Below the pieces are notes generated by a model. That model ran no database searches. It was not told the DNA's origin and worked only from the letters and a program-made list of their open reading frames with translations. From positions 264,120,001 to 264,184,000 of the forward strand of contig OZ024742.1 of NCBI GenBank assembly GCA_964016885.1: a DNA stretch of 64,000 nt. The letters run 5' to 3'. This DNA comes from Eledone cirrhosa (taxonomy: Eukaryota). Positions 25,928 to 39,009 of the stretch are shown here, one piece after another; positions within the stretch are counted from its first letter, which is position 1, and each line of letters opens with the position of its first letter. A program made the translations under genes and the position numbers.

Positions 25928-26962
25928 ATGGTCTACTCTTTCTCCTATGCTTCGAGCTGTCTCACCTATATATGTCGTTGTCATGTTTCTGCAAGTACCC
26001 TCTGTAGATCTTATGCTATAGACTACATTTCCAGTTTTACAATTTATCTGAGGGTTCATTCTACATATAACACATTTCTTATTCGTACAGTGGGATTTCT
26101 TAAAGGGGTGTCTTGCTGATCGAGGTGTTTATAGTAGTTCCTGTCTTTTCTACCACTTTAATCTTTAGATGGGTCTATCTTAGGGCCTTTCTACATTGCT
26201 TAGCTAATTACCCTCCAGGGGTAGCATCCACGAACATGACGCTTTGGTATTTCTGGTTGTCGTGCCATGAAGTGAATTTCCCTATCTTATGTTTAGTCCT
26301 ATCTAAGCTATTCCATGATTTGCTCCTGTATAATGGGCAAATTCCTTTCATGTCCAGTTCTATGAAGATCTTATACTTCTCCGTGGCTCCTTCGTATACT
26401 CTGATTCTGTCTCTTTGGTTGTAGCCAGAGAACTGCATGCGATTGATGAAGTGTTGGATGTGTCTTTCCATTTCAGTTGGGTCACACATGCGGGACACAT
26501 TCTTCATCACTCTTATCAAGTCTGCGATCAGAATATTAAACTTAGCACTATTGGACATTGCTGAGTTTTTGAGTATCAGGTATTTGGAGGCCATGGGTTT
26601 AGCATAGAGTGAGTGGAGAATTTGAGCCCCCTCCTCTATAGTGTTTAACCAGAGTTCCGCGTCTAATACTGGTAGCCTATTGTTAGGGTGTTTGGAAGGG
26701 TAGTCAACAGTTAAGGTTATACTCTGTTGTATGGAGTTAGCTATCTGCTGGATGCTCTCCATTGTGCTATTTTCTAATTCAGGTTTATTGGTACTCTCTT
26801 GTGCGTGAGTTCATATTACTATATTAATATCGTCTACGTACGAGAGTACATGACGAGGGCTATGGAGTTCTCTTCTAGGAGTTCTCTGAGTCTCCTTTCC
26901 CACTATACTATAAATAGATTGGCAACATCGCCAGCTATGCTGACGCCAATGGCTGCTCCCTC
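25928..26962 (-). mobile_element. Penelope-like element internal fragment (RT through GIY-YIG), Naiad-like
   Basis: EGAAIGVSIAGDVANLF, YVDDINI, LPVLDAELW, YAKPMAS, RMQFSGY, CTNKKCVIC..CKTGNVVY..YIGETARSIGER. The clade call is inferred. Confidence 0.85.
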
Positions 26963-26973
26963 ATATATATATA

Positions 26974-27608
26974 TCAGTTTGTATGACCTTTTTAACTTAT
27001 GTTTATAGCTCTGGTATCTTCATATCCATGGAGCGCTTGTCTACACATTATGGAAGTTGCGTTTCGCTAATTTCTACCCACCGAAATGCGATTCTCGCTA
27101 AATTTATATTTGTATTAATCTCCCAAGTCAAGCGATTAACCAATTAATTTTGTGGCTTTTTAGTTAATTATATTTGACTGATTAATCGCTTAAGTTTATT
27201 TTAAAAACAACTCGGTAGAGAGCTTTATTCGTTTTGTGCGGTTTTTGCAAATTTTTGTAATAACTACACATGCTGAATTCACTGGCAAAAATAGGGGTTT
27301 TCTCCCCTTAGAACCTCACATCTGCTTTCATAACCTGTGAGATTCTGGACCACGAAGAACAAAATGCCTGTTGAGAAAGCGATGCCTTGTTCGATCATTA
27401 TACCAAAAGCTTATTTTTTATAAGCAGACAGTATTATTGATTTAGGTGTTGCAGAAACCCAAATTCGGAGTATTCCATCTTCCCCGAGGGTCCGAGTAAC
27501 TATTTCAATCATATCTTATTTTGTTTAACCCGTTTAGCTTGTTTGCTTATTTGGCTCTGGTGGTTAATCACTTCTTAACCATCGTCTCAGTTTGTATGAC
27601 CTTGTTAA

Positions 27609-27612
<4 letters not shown>
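26974..27612 (+). mobile_element. Non-coding HHR element with 613 bp period
   Basis: tcagtttgtatgacctt(t/g)ttaacttat at 26974 and 27587; TA runs on both sides; internal HHR. Confidence 0.7.
27365..27498 (+). ncRNA. Type I HHR, U3-A8 variant with extended stems II and III
   Basis: UUGAGAA-A-GCGAUGCCU..AGGUGUUGC-A-GAAA-CCC..GGG-UC; stem I is weak. Confidence 0.65.
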
Positions 27613-27671
<59 letters not shown>

Positions 27672-27680
<9 letters not shown>

Positions 27681-28076
27681 TAAACAAATAATGAATAAAC
27701 AATTCCTTATATTAAACAAAAAAAGTTCATTATTTAACGATCGTTTCTAGGATATATATGTGTTAGAGTTGGCATGCATATTCAACAGATCTATGTACAA
27801 AATTATACAAAATTATACAAACTATCAAGATTAAATATACATACCAACACATATATACGCCGTCTTCAGAAATAATTTCTGAAGACGGCGTATATATGTG
27901 TTGGTATGTATATTTAATCTTGATAGTTTGTATAATTTTGTATAATTTTGTACATAGATCTGTTGAATATGCATGCCAACTCTAACACATATATATCCTA
28001 GAAACGATCGTTAAATAATGAACTTTTTTTGTTTAATATAAGGAATTGTTTATTCATTATTTGTTTAATATTTTAT
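27672..28076. repeat. ~405 bp palindrome with 1-nt loop, HHR on each arm
   Basis: Centre cagaaat-a-atttctg at 27874; arms essentially identical; between (TA)n tracts. Confidence 0.95.
27873..28018 (+). ncRNA. Type I HHR with ~115-nt stem II domain
   Basis: AUUU-CUGAAGA-..uauauauguguu..aacacauauaua..-GAAA-CGAUCG-UU|AAAU; mirror copy on the minus strand. Confidence 0.65.
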
Positions 28077-28207
28077 CTTGACTCTGTATACCGTTTATCT
28101 TTCACCGAAAGTGATTTTTCATTACATTTCTTCTTTCCATGATATCCGGAATACATTGAGTTCTTCATACGGATTGGACACTACCGTAAACTCTTGGTAG
28201 ATTTATC

Positions 28208-28295
<88 letters not shown>

Positions 28296-28336
28296 GAGAG
28301 TAAAACAAAGAATCCTTTAATACATCAAAAGTTTTT

Positions 28337-28382
28337 ATTAGCCGACAATGTTTCGTCCTATTAAGGACTCATCAGGGCAATC
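28337..28382 (-). ncRNA. Type I HHR, canonical (mirror of 32621-32666)
   Basis: Reverse complement of the right-arm ribozyme. Confidence 0.9.
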
Positions 28383-28707
28383 AAAACAACAAGAGGTAAT
28401 TTCGGCAGATACAAGCCAGAAACTCTGAAGAATATGGAGTTTACATACACTAATGTCTTACAAAGATATACGATAATAAAAATGAAGATAAAAATAATAA
28501 AATTATAATAACTAAGGATGTAGATAACATTAAGAACCATATTACAAATATAGTCCAAAGTCACCAACTTAAATCTAGACAAATTTGGTTATATAGAGCA
28601 GGAGTTATATATAACACAGTATAATACATTATAATAATAATATATCTATACCAACATTAAAATTCCAAATTAAAAATCAAAAGGTATAATATATACATGT
28701 ATATATG

Positions 28708-28752
<45 letters not shown>

Positions 28753-31700
28753 TACAATACACATATCCACTTTCTATTACACAGAAATTAAGCCCTATTG
28801 GAAGTTTGCACATCAAAAATATCAAAGATAAGCATGGTAATAGTGAAAATAATGCTAATACATCTACACAATATACATGAGGCAATAATATGATATAATT
28901 ACAAGAAACACTTATAATAAATAATAAACAACAAAATTATATAATACAATACAATATAATAAAGTAGAATATATAATAATCCCCGGTTAATTTACAGAAA
29001 CAATATAGATGTCACAGTGAAATACAATGATAAATTGTTAACATTATATTAACAATTAGCATAAACAATATGTACAACATGATTCATACTGGGTTACATA
29101 ATAAATGAGGAAATATCAATCATATAATATAATACAATAATACTCAAAAAAACTATATTGGTACAGGGAACAATTATGATGTTACAGAAAAATATGTTGT
29201 TACAGAAAAATATACAGACATCAACATGATATGTAAAGTCTAAATACTATAATGTTACATATTACAATATTAAAATATTAAAAAATTAAAAAATTAAAAA
29301 ATTAAAAAATTAAAAAATTAAAAAATTAAAAAATTAAAAAATTAAAAAATTAAAAATTTAAAAAATTAAAAAATTAAAAAATCAAGACATCTTATATGAT
29401 ATATAAAGTTTAACTATCTCAATGTTATATATAATAAACGGTAAGTAATAAGGATCTATATCATAATGTAATATATTTTTAAAATTGGCATAAAATATGT
29501 AAATAAATACTTATAGTTTCAAGGTTAGTAGACAGACATGTGTGGATGAGTGAACGAAGCCAGACAGTGAATCTGGGATAAAACAATATAGAATATAGGA
29601 TAAATATAGAATATAGGATAAAACAATATAGAATATAGGATAAATATAGAATATAGGATAAAACAAATAAATACAATCAACCGGAAATTACAAAACAAGG
29701 CAAATGTATACACACTTAGGCCTCGCGTGCATTAAGAAATTTGGTAAACACCAAGGAAAGCGATCATTTTAAATGACTAAATCCTATCTGATAAATTAAT
29801 ATTAAAAATATCAAACCCATCCAATAAGGTAGTATAAAATTAGCTATAGTCTAAGTCATTAAAGTATATAAACTTTAATGTATCGTTACAAATGTTTACA
29901 AAAAGGAATAAAATTACACTATCATATACGTAACGATATCTAAAAAACTGACTTAAGTAGAGTTAAGGTAGGCTAATGGGGACAGAATTAACAAAATATA
30001 TGGAGGGTGCGAAGTGGCATAAAATATATTCGATATACTATAATAAATAATAGAACAGAGCATAAAAGAGGGGGGGGGGGTTAATATAATCGTATTCAAT
30101 CTAGAGGGGTTGACAATAAGTTTATGCAGTGCATGGGGGGGGGGGGGAGGGGGGAGTCGATAGATAAATCAGAATAGACTTAGAAATAAAAATAGAATTA
30201 AAAATAGAATTAAAAATAAAAATAAAAATAAAAATGATGTTAAAATTAAAAATTAAAGTTAATGATAATAACAGAATATATAAGAATATATAAAGATAGT
30301 AACGTGTGTAATCTTATGTATACTAACAAGGTGTAATAGTGAAGACATAGATATGGTACAGTGGCTAAATGATTATGAGAGCTAGAATGAAGAGTCATCA
30401 AAAACCAATGATAACAATAGTGCTGGCAAACAAAAGAACCCAAACAAAAAAACTAAGTAATGGAATATATCTGCTAATGGGTACGATTTGTACTACTAGA
30501 ACATTTGGGTTTATAATAAAAGTAAGAATTAGAAATTGCATGGGGGCAAGAAGAGAATATCTCAGACTTTCTATTCAGTAAAGGTACGCTAGAGAAAATA
30601 ATAGAGTCTGTCTCAAGTATACAGAGATTACAAAACTTACTATGTGCAGAAAGGTGGTTAGATCGTGCTACTAAACACCAGTTAAGGCTATATGGTATAA
30701 AAGGGATCTTAAGATCCCTTTTATACCATATAGCCTTCTTTTATTATCATTAACTTTAATTTTTAATTTTAACATCATTTTTATTTTTATTTTTATTTTT
30801 AATTCTATTTTTAATTCTATTTTTATTTCTAAGTCTATTCTGATTTATCTATCGAACCCCCCTCCTTCTTCCCCCCCCCCCATGCACTGCATAAACTTAT
30901 TGTCAACCCCTCTAGATTGAATACGATTATATTAAACCCCCCCCCTCTTTTATGCTCTGTTCTATTATTTATTATAGTATATCGAATATATTTTATGCCA
31001 CTTCGCACCCTCCATATATTTTGTTAATTCTGTCCCCATTAGCCTACCTTAACTCTACTTAAGTCAGTTTTTTAGATATCGTTACGTATATGATAGTGTA
31101 ATTTTATTCCTTTTTGTAAACATTTGTAACGATACATTAAAGTTTATATACTTTAATGACTTAGACTATAGCTAATTTTATACTACCTTATTGGATGGGT
31201 TTGATATTTTTAATATTAATTTATCAGATAGGATTTAGTCATTTAAAATGATCGCTTTCCTTGGTGTTTACCAAATTTCTTAATGCACGCGAGGCCTAAG
31301 TGTGTATACATTTGCCTTGTTTTGTAATTTCCGGTTGATTGTATTTATTTGTTTTATCCTATATTCTATATTTATCCTATATTCTATATTGTTTTATCCT
31401 ATATTCTATATTTATCCTATATTCTATATTGTTTTATCCCAGATTCACTGTCTGGCTTCGTTCACTCATCCACACATGTCTGTCTACTAACCTTGAAACT
31501 ATAAGTATTTATTTACATATTTTATGCCAATTTTAAAAATATATTACATTATGATATAGATCCTTATTACTTACCGTTTATTATATATAACATTGAGATA
31601 GTTAAACTTTATATATCATATAAGATGTCTTGATTTTTTAATTTTTTAATTTTTTAAATTTTTAATTTTTTAATTTTTTAATTTTTTAATTTTTTAATTT

Positions 31701-32620
31701 TTTAATTTTTTAATTTTTTAATTTTTTAATTTTTTAATATTTTAATATTGTAATATGTAACATTATAGTATTTAGACTTTACATATCATGTTGATGTCTG
31801 TATATTTTTCTGTAACAACATATTTTTCTGTAACATCATAATTGTTCCCTGTACCAATATAGTTTTTTTGAGTATTATTGTATTATATTATATGATTGAT
31901 ATTTCCTCATTTATTATGTAACCCAGTATGAATCATGTTGTACATATTGTTTATGCTAATTGTTAATATAATGTTAACAATTTATCATTGTATTTCACTG
32001 TGACATCTATATTGTTTCTGTAAATTAACCGGGGATTATTATATATTCTACTTTATTATATTGTATTGTATTATATAATTTTGTTGTTTATTATTTATTA
32101 TAAGTGTTTCTTGTAATTATATCATATTATTGCCTCATGTATATTGGGTAGATGTATTAGCATTATTTTCACTATTACCATGCTTATCTTTGATATTTTT
32201 GATGTGCAAACTTCCAATAGGGCTTAATTTCTGTGTAATAGAAAGTGGATATGTGTATTGTAATATGTGTGTGTGTGTGTGTGTGTGTGCGCGCACATAT
32301 ATACATGTATATATTATACCTTTTGATTTTTAATTTGGAATTTTAATGTTGGTATAGATATATTATTATTATAATGTATTATACTGTGTTATATATAACT
32401 CCTGCTCTATATAACCAAATTTGTTTAGATTTAAGTTGGTGACTTTGGACTATATTTGTAATATGGTTCTTAATGTTATCTACATCCTTAGTTATTATAA
32501 TTTTATTATTTTTATCTTCATTTTTATTATCGTATATCTTTGTAAGACATTAATGTATGTAAACTCCATATTCTTCAGAGTTTCTGGCTTGTATCTGCCG
32601 AAATTACCTCTTGTTGTTTT

Positions 32621-32666
32621 GATTGCCCTGATGAGTCCTTAATAGGACGAAACATTGTCGGCTAAT
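32621..32666 (+). ncRNA. Type I HHR, canonical minimal
   Basis: AUUGCC-CUGAUGA-GUCCU-UAAU-AGGAC-GAAA-C-AUU-GUC|GGCUAAU, overlapping AAUAAA. Confidence 0.92.
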
Positions 32667-32809
32667 AAAAACTTTTGATGTATTAAAGGATTCTTTGTTT
32701 TACTCTCTTAATTTTTCGGCTCTGTTTAACTGCATTGAGCTATACCTTTTACTGTCATTTCTATAATACGAAGAGGGTGTTTGACTCAAACACGCTCCAG
32801 TATTCTAAT

Positions 32810-32891
<82 letters not shown>

Positions 32892-32959
32892 CTACATACA
32901 TATATACATACATACATTTACGTATGTATATAGCTATGCATTTATATTTAAGTGTGTAA

Positions 32960-33024
<65 letters not shown>

Positions 33025-33029
<5 letters not shown>

Positions 33030-33287
33030 AGTGTGACATGAAGCTTGCTTCCCGACCACATATTTCCGGGTCAGTCCTACGGTCCGGGCCGACCAAAGCC
33101 CTGTGAGTGGATTTGATAGACCGAAACTAAAAGAACCCCGTCGTATATATGTATATATGTCTGTGTGTGTCTTTGCTTTTGTGTTTGCGCTCCCACCAAT
33201 GCTTGTTGGTTTGTTGACGTCCTCATAACTTACCAAGGTGATGCTCCATCATGGGCGTAGTCCAGACACAGAAAAAAAAAGTAAAGT
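33025..33287 (+). mobile_element. Octopus-type tRNA-derived SINE (second family), internally deleted
   Basis: gggccgaccaaagcc.tgtgagtggattt..gaaact.aaagaa.cccgtcgtatat and a 3' aagg.g.tgctcca.catgg tail. Confidence 0.75.
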
Positions 33288-33311
33288 ATATATGTGTGTG
33301 TGTGTGTAGAA

Positions 33312-33712
33312 GAGGGGTCTCAAACTCAAGGACACAAAAGGGCCATTACGTCCTGGAGGAGAGGCACAGTGGACCAAACGTGGTGGTGGGTGAAGATGTT
33401 CACCAGTTATAATCATTTCTACTATAGGAACAAGGCATGAAATTTGGGGTTTAGGGTTCAGACGATTACATCGATCCTAGTACAGAACTGGTACTTAATC
33501 ATTGACCCCAAAAGGATGAAAGGCAAAGTTGAGATCGGCGGAATTTGAACTCAAAACGTAAAAGCGGAAGTACCGTTAAGCATTTCGCCAGATGTGCTAA
33601 CGATTCCACCAGCCCACCGCCTTATTTTAACCAGTTATAATGCAATATGAAATATTGGTTCTACCACGGGCCACAGAAAAGTTGTTCGCGGGCCGTATGT
33701 TTGAGCCCCCTG
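33312..33712. mobile_element. hAT-type MITE containing a SINE insertion
   Basis: Termini gaggggtctcaaac and gtttgagccccctg. SINE 33414-33629 (minus) is flanked by the 12-bp TSD accagttataat. Confidence 0.7.
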
Positions 33713-33744
33713 TTGGCGATAGATAGATACATAGATAGGTATGT

Positions 33745-34645
33745 TTCTTTATTAGCTACAGGGCCACAAAAGAAGGGGACAAATACAAAGGGGGAAGTTT
33801 ACATACAATAAAAACGTGTAAAATATTATCACAAATGCAATTTAAAAGTTAATCGATTTTCCCCAATAGGGGGAAGAGTTTTACCCCTTTCCTCTCTTCC
33901 TCTTTTTCCTCAACCTACAGGCTGATATAGAGAGACAGCCCATTCACTCGGGCCATTCTCGACACTTTCACCCACCTTTCATAATACTTGCTGGGGTACA
34001 GCACCTCTCTCTCCATCCTGATTCTTCTTCCAAAGTGGTATTTGAAAAAAAGAATCAGTTGTTGGCCGGAGAGAAAGGTGTCTGACCTCAACCCTTTTAA
34101 CCTTATCCACCATAAAACCTCTTTCACCATAGCTATCACACAAAGGAAAACCGCCTCTCCTTCGTTTTTGAAGGAGGGTGGCGGTTTGATCATGACAATG
34201 GATTCGGTGGTCAACCGGATTGGTCCCACCCGCGACAATAGTCGTTCTACATAGCCCCACAAGTCGGTAACGCCCGGGCAGTGTATGAATGCGTGCGCAA
34301 CTGTTTCTTCGTCTCGCACGTATCTCGGACAGATCTTTTTCGAAGGGTCCCTGCCCGGGCGCCCATGTCTGTAGAGCTTGTCTCGAACTGGTAGAGCTCC
34401 TCGGTAGCACTGCCAGGCCAGGGACTTTTGGAAGTTGTCCATCGGTCCCGGCGGAAGGTCCTACCGAACAGACTGGCCAGTTCGTATTCCTCTACGCCTA
34501 GAGCTTCAGCGAGCACGTCGTCGCACTTGCTGCGGATAAACCCTCTATAGAATGACGCTTGCCAGAGGGATGTGAGCGCCTGGGCACATTCGATGTGCCA
34601 GTCGCCCATTTTCCTCGGTCTTTGCTTGACTCAGGACTGCAGCTC
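33745..34645 (-). mobile_element. Tx1/L1-like LINE 3' fragment within (GATA)n
   Basis: MDNFQKSLAWQCYRGALPVRDKLYRH..CPR..ETVAHAFIHC zinc knuckle; AATAAA at the 3' end; GATA repeats on both flanks. Confidence 0.85.
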
Positions 34646-34646
34646 G

Positions 34647-34698
<52 letters not shown>

Positions 34699-34739
34699 TC
34701 TTTCTTATAGATAGATAGATAGATAAACTGGGATAAACT

Positions 34740-36490
34740 GTCAAATTACATCATAGTAGAAATGTTTGCGAAGTACCAAGAATGTTATCCAGCAGATGAT
34801 TACTCAACATGGAAGTAACTTCAGAATAACATAGACGATATGTATCTGCTCTTCACAGCCACATGTAGTCAGGCCGTTATAATGATAAATAACTATAGTT
34901 CTGTATAGGATTGATGAGTTAATATCTGTATACAACAACTACAACGGTACGCGATGGGGCCCACCCACAGCCGCGGCAGACAGAATGGAGAAGGCGTTTC
35001 TCCGGAGGACGGCAAGAGAGACGCGCTGGAAAAGCCACTCCAACTCGTGGGGCTCACACCTGCGGCTGGCCAGCTCAGCGCCTATGGTGGTGAGTAAGGA
35101 GGTAGCCCTGGGGCCGAGGACACCAGAAGTCTCCACAGCCAGGGGTACGACCGCAAACCTGTTGGAGAGCGACCGATATTTGAGGAACTGCACCAGATTG
35201 CAACTGCAGAAAGTGTCGGTGCAAGTGGCCTCCCAGACGAGGGGCTTTCTACCGCGGAACAGGAAGGTGGTCATGCCGTCTGGCCTTTTACCGTCCCCTC
35301 GATACAGCCCCACCGGCTTGAGCTGGGAATGGAAGCCTGCAGCGTCCAAACCAGGCTTAATGACCTCGTTGAGGTCAGCATGGCGTGGAATGCGGCCGGC
35401 ACTGTGGCGACAGGAAAGCGAGTGGAGGCCGAAAGAGTCCACGGTGGAACCGCAGCGACATTGGTGTGGCTGGCAGATCCGGAGGCCGAGCCTCAGGGAA
35501 ACGCCGATTCGCAGGCTATGGTTGTCTAACCGCGTGCCAGTAGAGAAGGAGGGCAGGGCATGGAGCCAGGCACTACTGTGGGGTTTGGAGGCCGCACGAA
35601 AACAAGCAAGGCGGTGCTGGTTAAGCTGGTGCGTGAGCTTGTCTGAAGGCCAGGCTGCACTAGATGGCATCCCAAGTGCGTTGGGGGGACTTGATATCAA
35701 CAGGGGCAGAAGGAGGAGGGACGTCTACTGGGCTAAGTCCCAGCCGGTCCCACGTCTCACAGGCGGCCTCACGTTCTCTGAACACAGATGGTTCTGTTGT
35801 GTTTTGAAGAACCTGCTGACGAGGACGCGGCACGAGGTTACCGATGAAAGATACGCCGGCAAAGCTAGTGAGATCGGGGACCGGAGGCCAAGGCCGCCAT
35901 ACCTGACAGGTAAAGTGGCCTGTTTCCACCCTATGTCGTAAAACTTGCCGTTGCATATCCCCTCGGCTGTTGCTCGGATACAAGTATCGAGGTCAGCGAG
36001 GAGAGATGTTTGGGTGTAGCACGGAGCGCTGCGGAGTGCATAGGGGAGCTTTGGCATGGCGAAGCAGTTCCTCAGCAGAAAGAGAGCTGGGTGGCCGTCA
36101 ATCAAGCCCAGTCGGCTCGTGAGAGTCTGGAGCTGTTGAAGCCTGGACCTGATGGTGGAGCGGATGGCCAGCGGGTGGATCGGTGACCCGAGGATGAGGA
36201 CATCCTCTTTGGGGGGGGGGGGGCATCTGAACCTGGCGGAGAATGGACCGCACGTCCAAGACGGAGGCTGCAAAGCTCGCAGCATCGAGGCTGACATTCA
36301 CCACCTCAGACTTGGCCGAGTTGAACTGGAGGCCGATTCGCGCCAGGGCAGGAACCACCTATTGAAGGTCATGGCAGACCGTCCGTACGGGCTCGCCCAA
36401 CGTAGCATCATCCAGATACCAAACATTGAGAGGGGCCGTGATACTCCGGGCGATGTGGTCAATACGAAGGGTGATCAGGAGGGGTCCCAC
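34740..36490 (-). mobile_element. CRE-like non-LTR retrotransposon (RT plus RLE) 3' part
   Basis: LNVWYLDDATLG, LPVRYGGLGLR, SSAWLHALP, CRCG..HSLSC..RH, DGKRPDG, PLAVETSG; frameshifted. Confidence 0.85.
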
Positions 36491-36555
36491 CAAACACACA
36501 CACATACACACACACACATTTCTTACTCTCTCTGTCCCCCCCTCTTTCTCTTTTC

Positions 36556-36603
<48 letters not shown>

Positions 36604-36765
36604 CGTTGTTATTTGGCGTTGTTGAAAAGAGCAGTGGCCTTTGACCTAGCAATAAAAACTGGAGACAAAATTCTTTCTGTACCAAAACCAAGAGACACAC
36701 ACAGAAGTGTGTGTGTGCATGTATATGTGTTTGTGTGTGTGTATATATATATATATGTGTGTGTG

Positions 36766-36834
<69 letters not shown>

Positions 36835-37504
36835 GTGTGCGTGCGTGTGTGCGCGTTTATGTGTGTGTGTGTGTCTGTGTGTGTATCTATCTATGTATAT
36901 GTATATAAGGAATACAGATATTTCTTTCTCACTGTCACCAAGCTTTTCAATTCATTCGTTGCTACTAAGTATTTTATTTTGCTACGAGGTACTTTATTTT
37001 GCAAGGTACTATTTTCCCCCTGAGTTTGTGATTTCATCTTTTGTATTTTGACTTTACAATTTGAATTGTAGAATTGTCTATCCACTCAAAATAACAGCTA
37101 ACAGTGAAATATAGAATTTAACAACATCTACCAGTGAAATAGAGAATTTAAAAAAAAAATCTTTTTCGACTGAGATCAAATCTTTGAGAACATTCACGTC
37201 TATTTTTCAAAAATATATAATTTGAAATAGTTTGCTTTTGTTTTGGACTGAAAGGTTTTTGTATTTAATTCGTATGAGTATTTTTTTAAGATTCTAACAT
37301 AACTTGATTTGGCCCAGTAATCTACTGATATCAAAATCAGTAGTATATTGAAAAATGGAAAAATAGGGTAGTGGCGTTTCGTGATTTCGAGGGGCAAAAG
37401 GCGGCGTTTGACCGAAATGGGTTGAGAACCTTTGATCTACACTAACACCAGAGGCCAAGTCATTCCACATGACGGAATGATGGAGTTCTTTAAGATACTG
37501 GCTG

Positions 37505-38360
37505 GATGCTCCAGGGAGATACATGCCTCTCTATCATCACAGTGGACTATTGTATACACCTTGCGCTGGAGAAACACCACATCTCTGGTTTTACTGTAGC
37601 ACCGGTTCAGAGCAGGAGAGTTAAGGCTAAAAATATATCAGATGCTGAATTTGTTGACGACATAGTTCTGGCGACAAACACAGTGAAGGGGGAAGAGGAG
37701 TTGATGCAGGAGGTGGAGTTTGTGTCGATGAGTGTGGGGCTAAGAATGGATGAGATTAAGACGAAGTATCTCACAGAGAACATTAAGAAGCCAGTGAAGA
37801 TTATGAATGAAGGCAGAAAGCCGCTAGAGTTGGTTGTGGACTTCCTTTATCGGGGAGCAAAGATTGGGAACACAGAAGATGATATAGTTGAGTGGAAGAG
37901 CAAAGCATGGGCGGCGTGCCACAGTTTGAGATCGGTGTGGAAGTCGGACCTTGCTACAGTGGAGTCTGTGCTACTGTACGGGTCTGAGACTTGGACACTG
38001 ACCAAGAAACTCACTCAGATGGTGGATAGGTGCGGCACGAGAAGGCTGAGGCTGGCTCTGAACATTAATCAGTATACACTGAGGATGAAGACCACAGAGC
38101 TGTATGGGAGCCTCCCAAAATCAGCTCAAAAGTAACACAGAAGAGACTGAAGTTAGCTGGACATGCTCACCGACATTCAGAGTTGACACTGCACTCAGTG
38201 CTCCTGTGGGAGCCCCTACACAGACGCTCTAGAAGAGGGAGACCGATGTTGACATATATTGATGACCTAAGGACAGACACTGGTCTCTGGAAGACGCACA
38301 CATGGCAGCGATGATGAGGGACAGACCGCTGGAGAGAACTCGTCCATGGATCTCGGGAAT
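37505..38360 (+). mobile_element. RTE-like LINE RT and 3' fragment
   Basis: LQGDT, ISDAEFVDDI, VESVLLYGSETWTLT, RLKLAGHAHRH. Confidence 0.85.
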
Positions 38361-38387
38361 TTTACCCACCCTATATATATAAGTGAA

Positions 38388-38503
38388 GGCGTGTGGCTGA
38401 GTGTTTAGAGAATTGGATTCGCAATCGTAAGGTTGTGAGTTCGATTCCTGGACCAGGCGATGCGTTATGTCCTTGAGCAAGACACTTTATTTCACGTTGC
38501 TCC
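38388..38503 (+). mobile_element. tRNA-derived SINE 5' part
   Basis: Pol III A box tggctgagtg and B box gagttcgattcc, then gtccttgagcaagacactt. Confidence 0.75.
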
Positions 38504-38602
38504 TTCTACCTGGAGTTGCGACCGATAGATAGTATTAGCAATTGGAAAGACCAACGGAAACATTGTTTCCTCGGTCCGATTTGACGAAAGTCGATCGTTT
38601 CA

Positions 38603-38723
<121 letters not shown>

Positions 38724-38820
38724 AAGTTCGAAATAGCACGGAAAATATATCTTATGGTCTGTTTTTCTTTTTTTTCCTTTCTTTGATTCGTCAAAGTGAC
38801 ATTATTGAAAAGATGACATT

Positions 38821-39002
38821 CGGTGGATTGGCAGTATCGGTAGAGGGTCGGAAGCCATGCTTTCCAGCATAGTTACGTCCCTTTACGATCTGAGTTCAAA
38901 TCCCGCCGAGGTTGACTTTGCCTTTCATCCTTACGGGGTCGATAAAATAAAGTACCAGTAATGCACTGGGTAATTGCTGGCCTTGTGCCTAAAATAGAAA
39001 CA
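38821..39002 (+). mobile_element. tRNA-derived SINE
   Basis: Near-identical to the 21823 and 50369 copies. Confidence 0.85.
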
Positions 39003-39009
39003 ATTATTG

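Larger units (their letters stand above)
28291..32711. repeat. 4.4 kb inverted repeat (PLE-type 3' region pair)
   Basis: About 2 kb near-identical arms; perfect 54-bp central palindrome at 30684-30737; 30271-30683 is present in the left arm only; HHR at each outer end. Confidence 0.95.

Noticed and set aside
25930-26110. Selenocysteine (UGA) recoding as reported for some Naiad PLEs
   Set aside because: The cysteines seen in the Zn/GIY-YIG region of this copy are TGT/TGC; I see no in-frame TGA at those positions.
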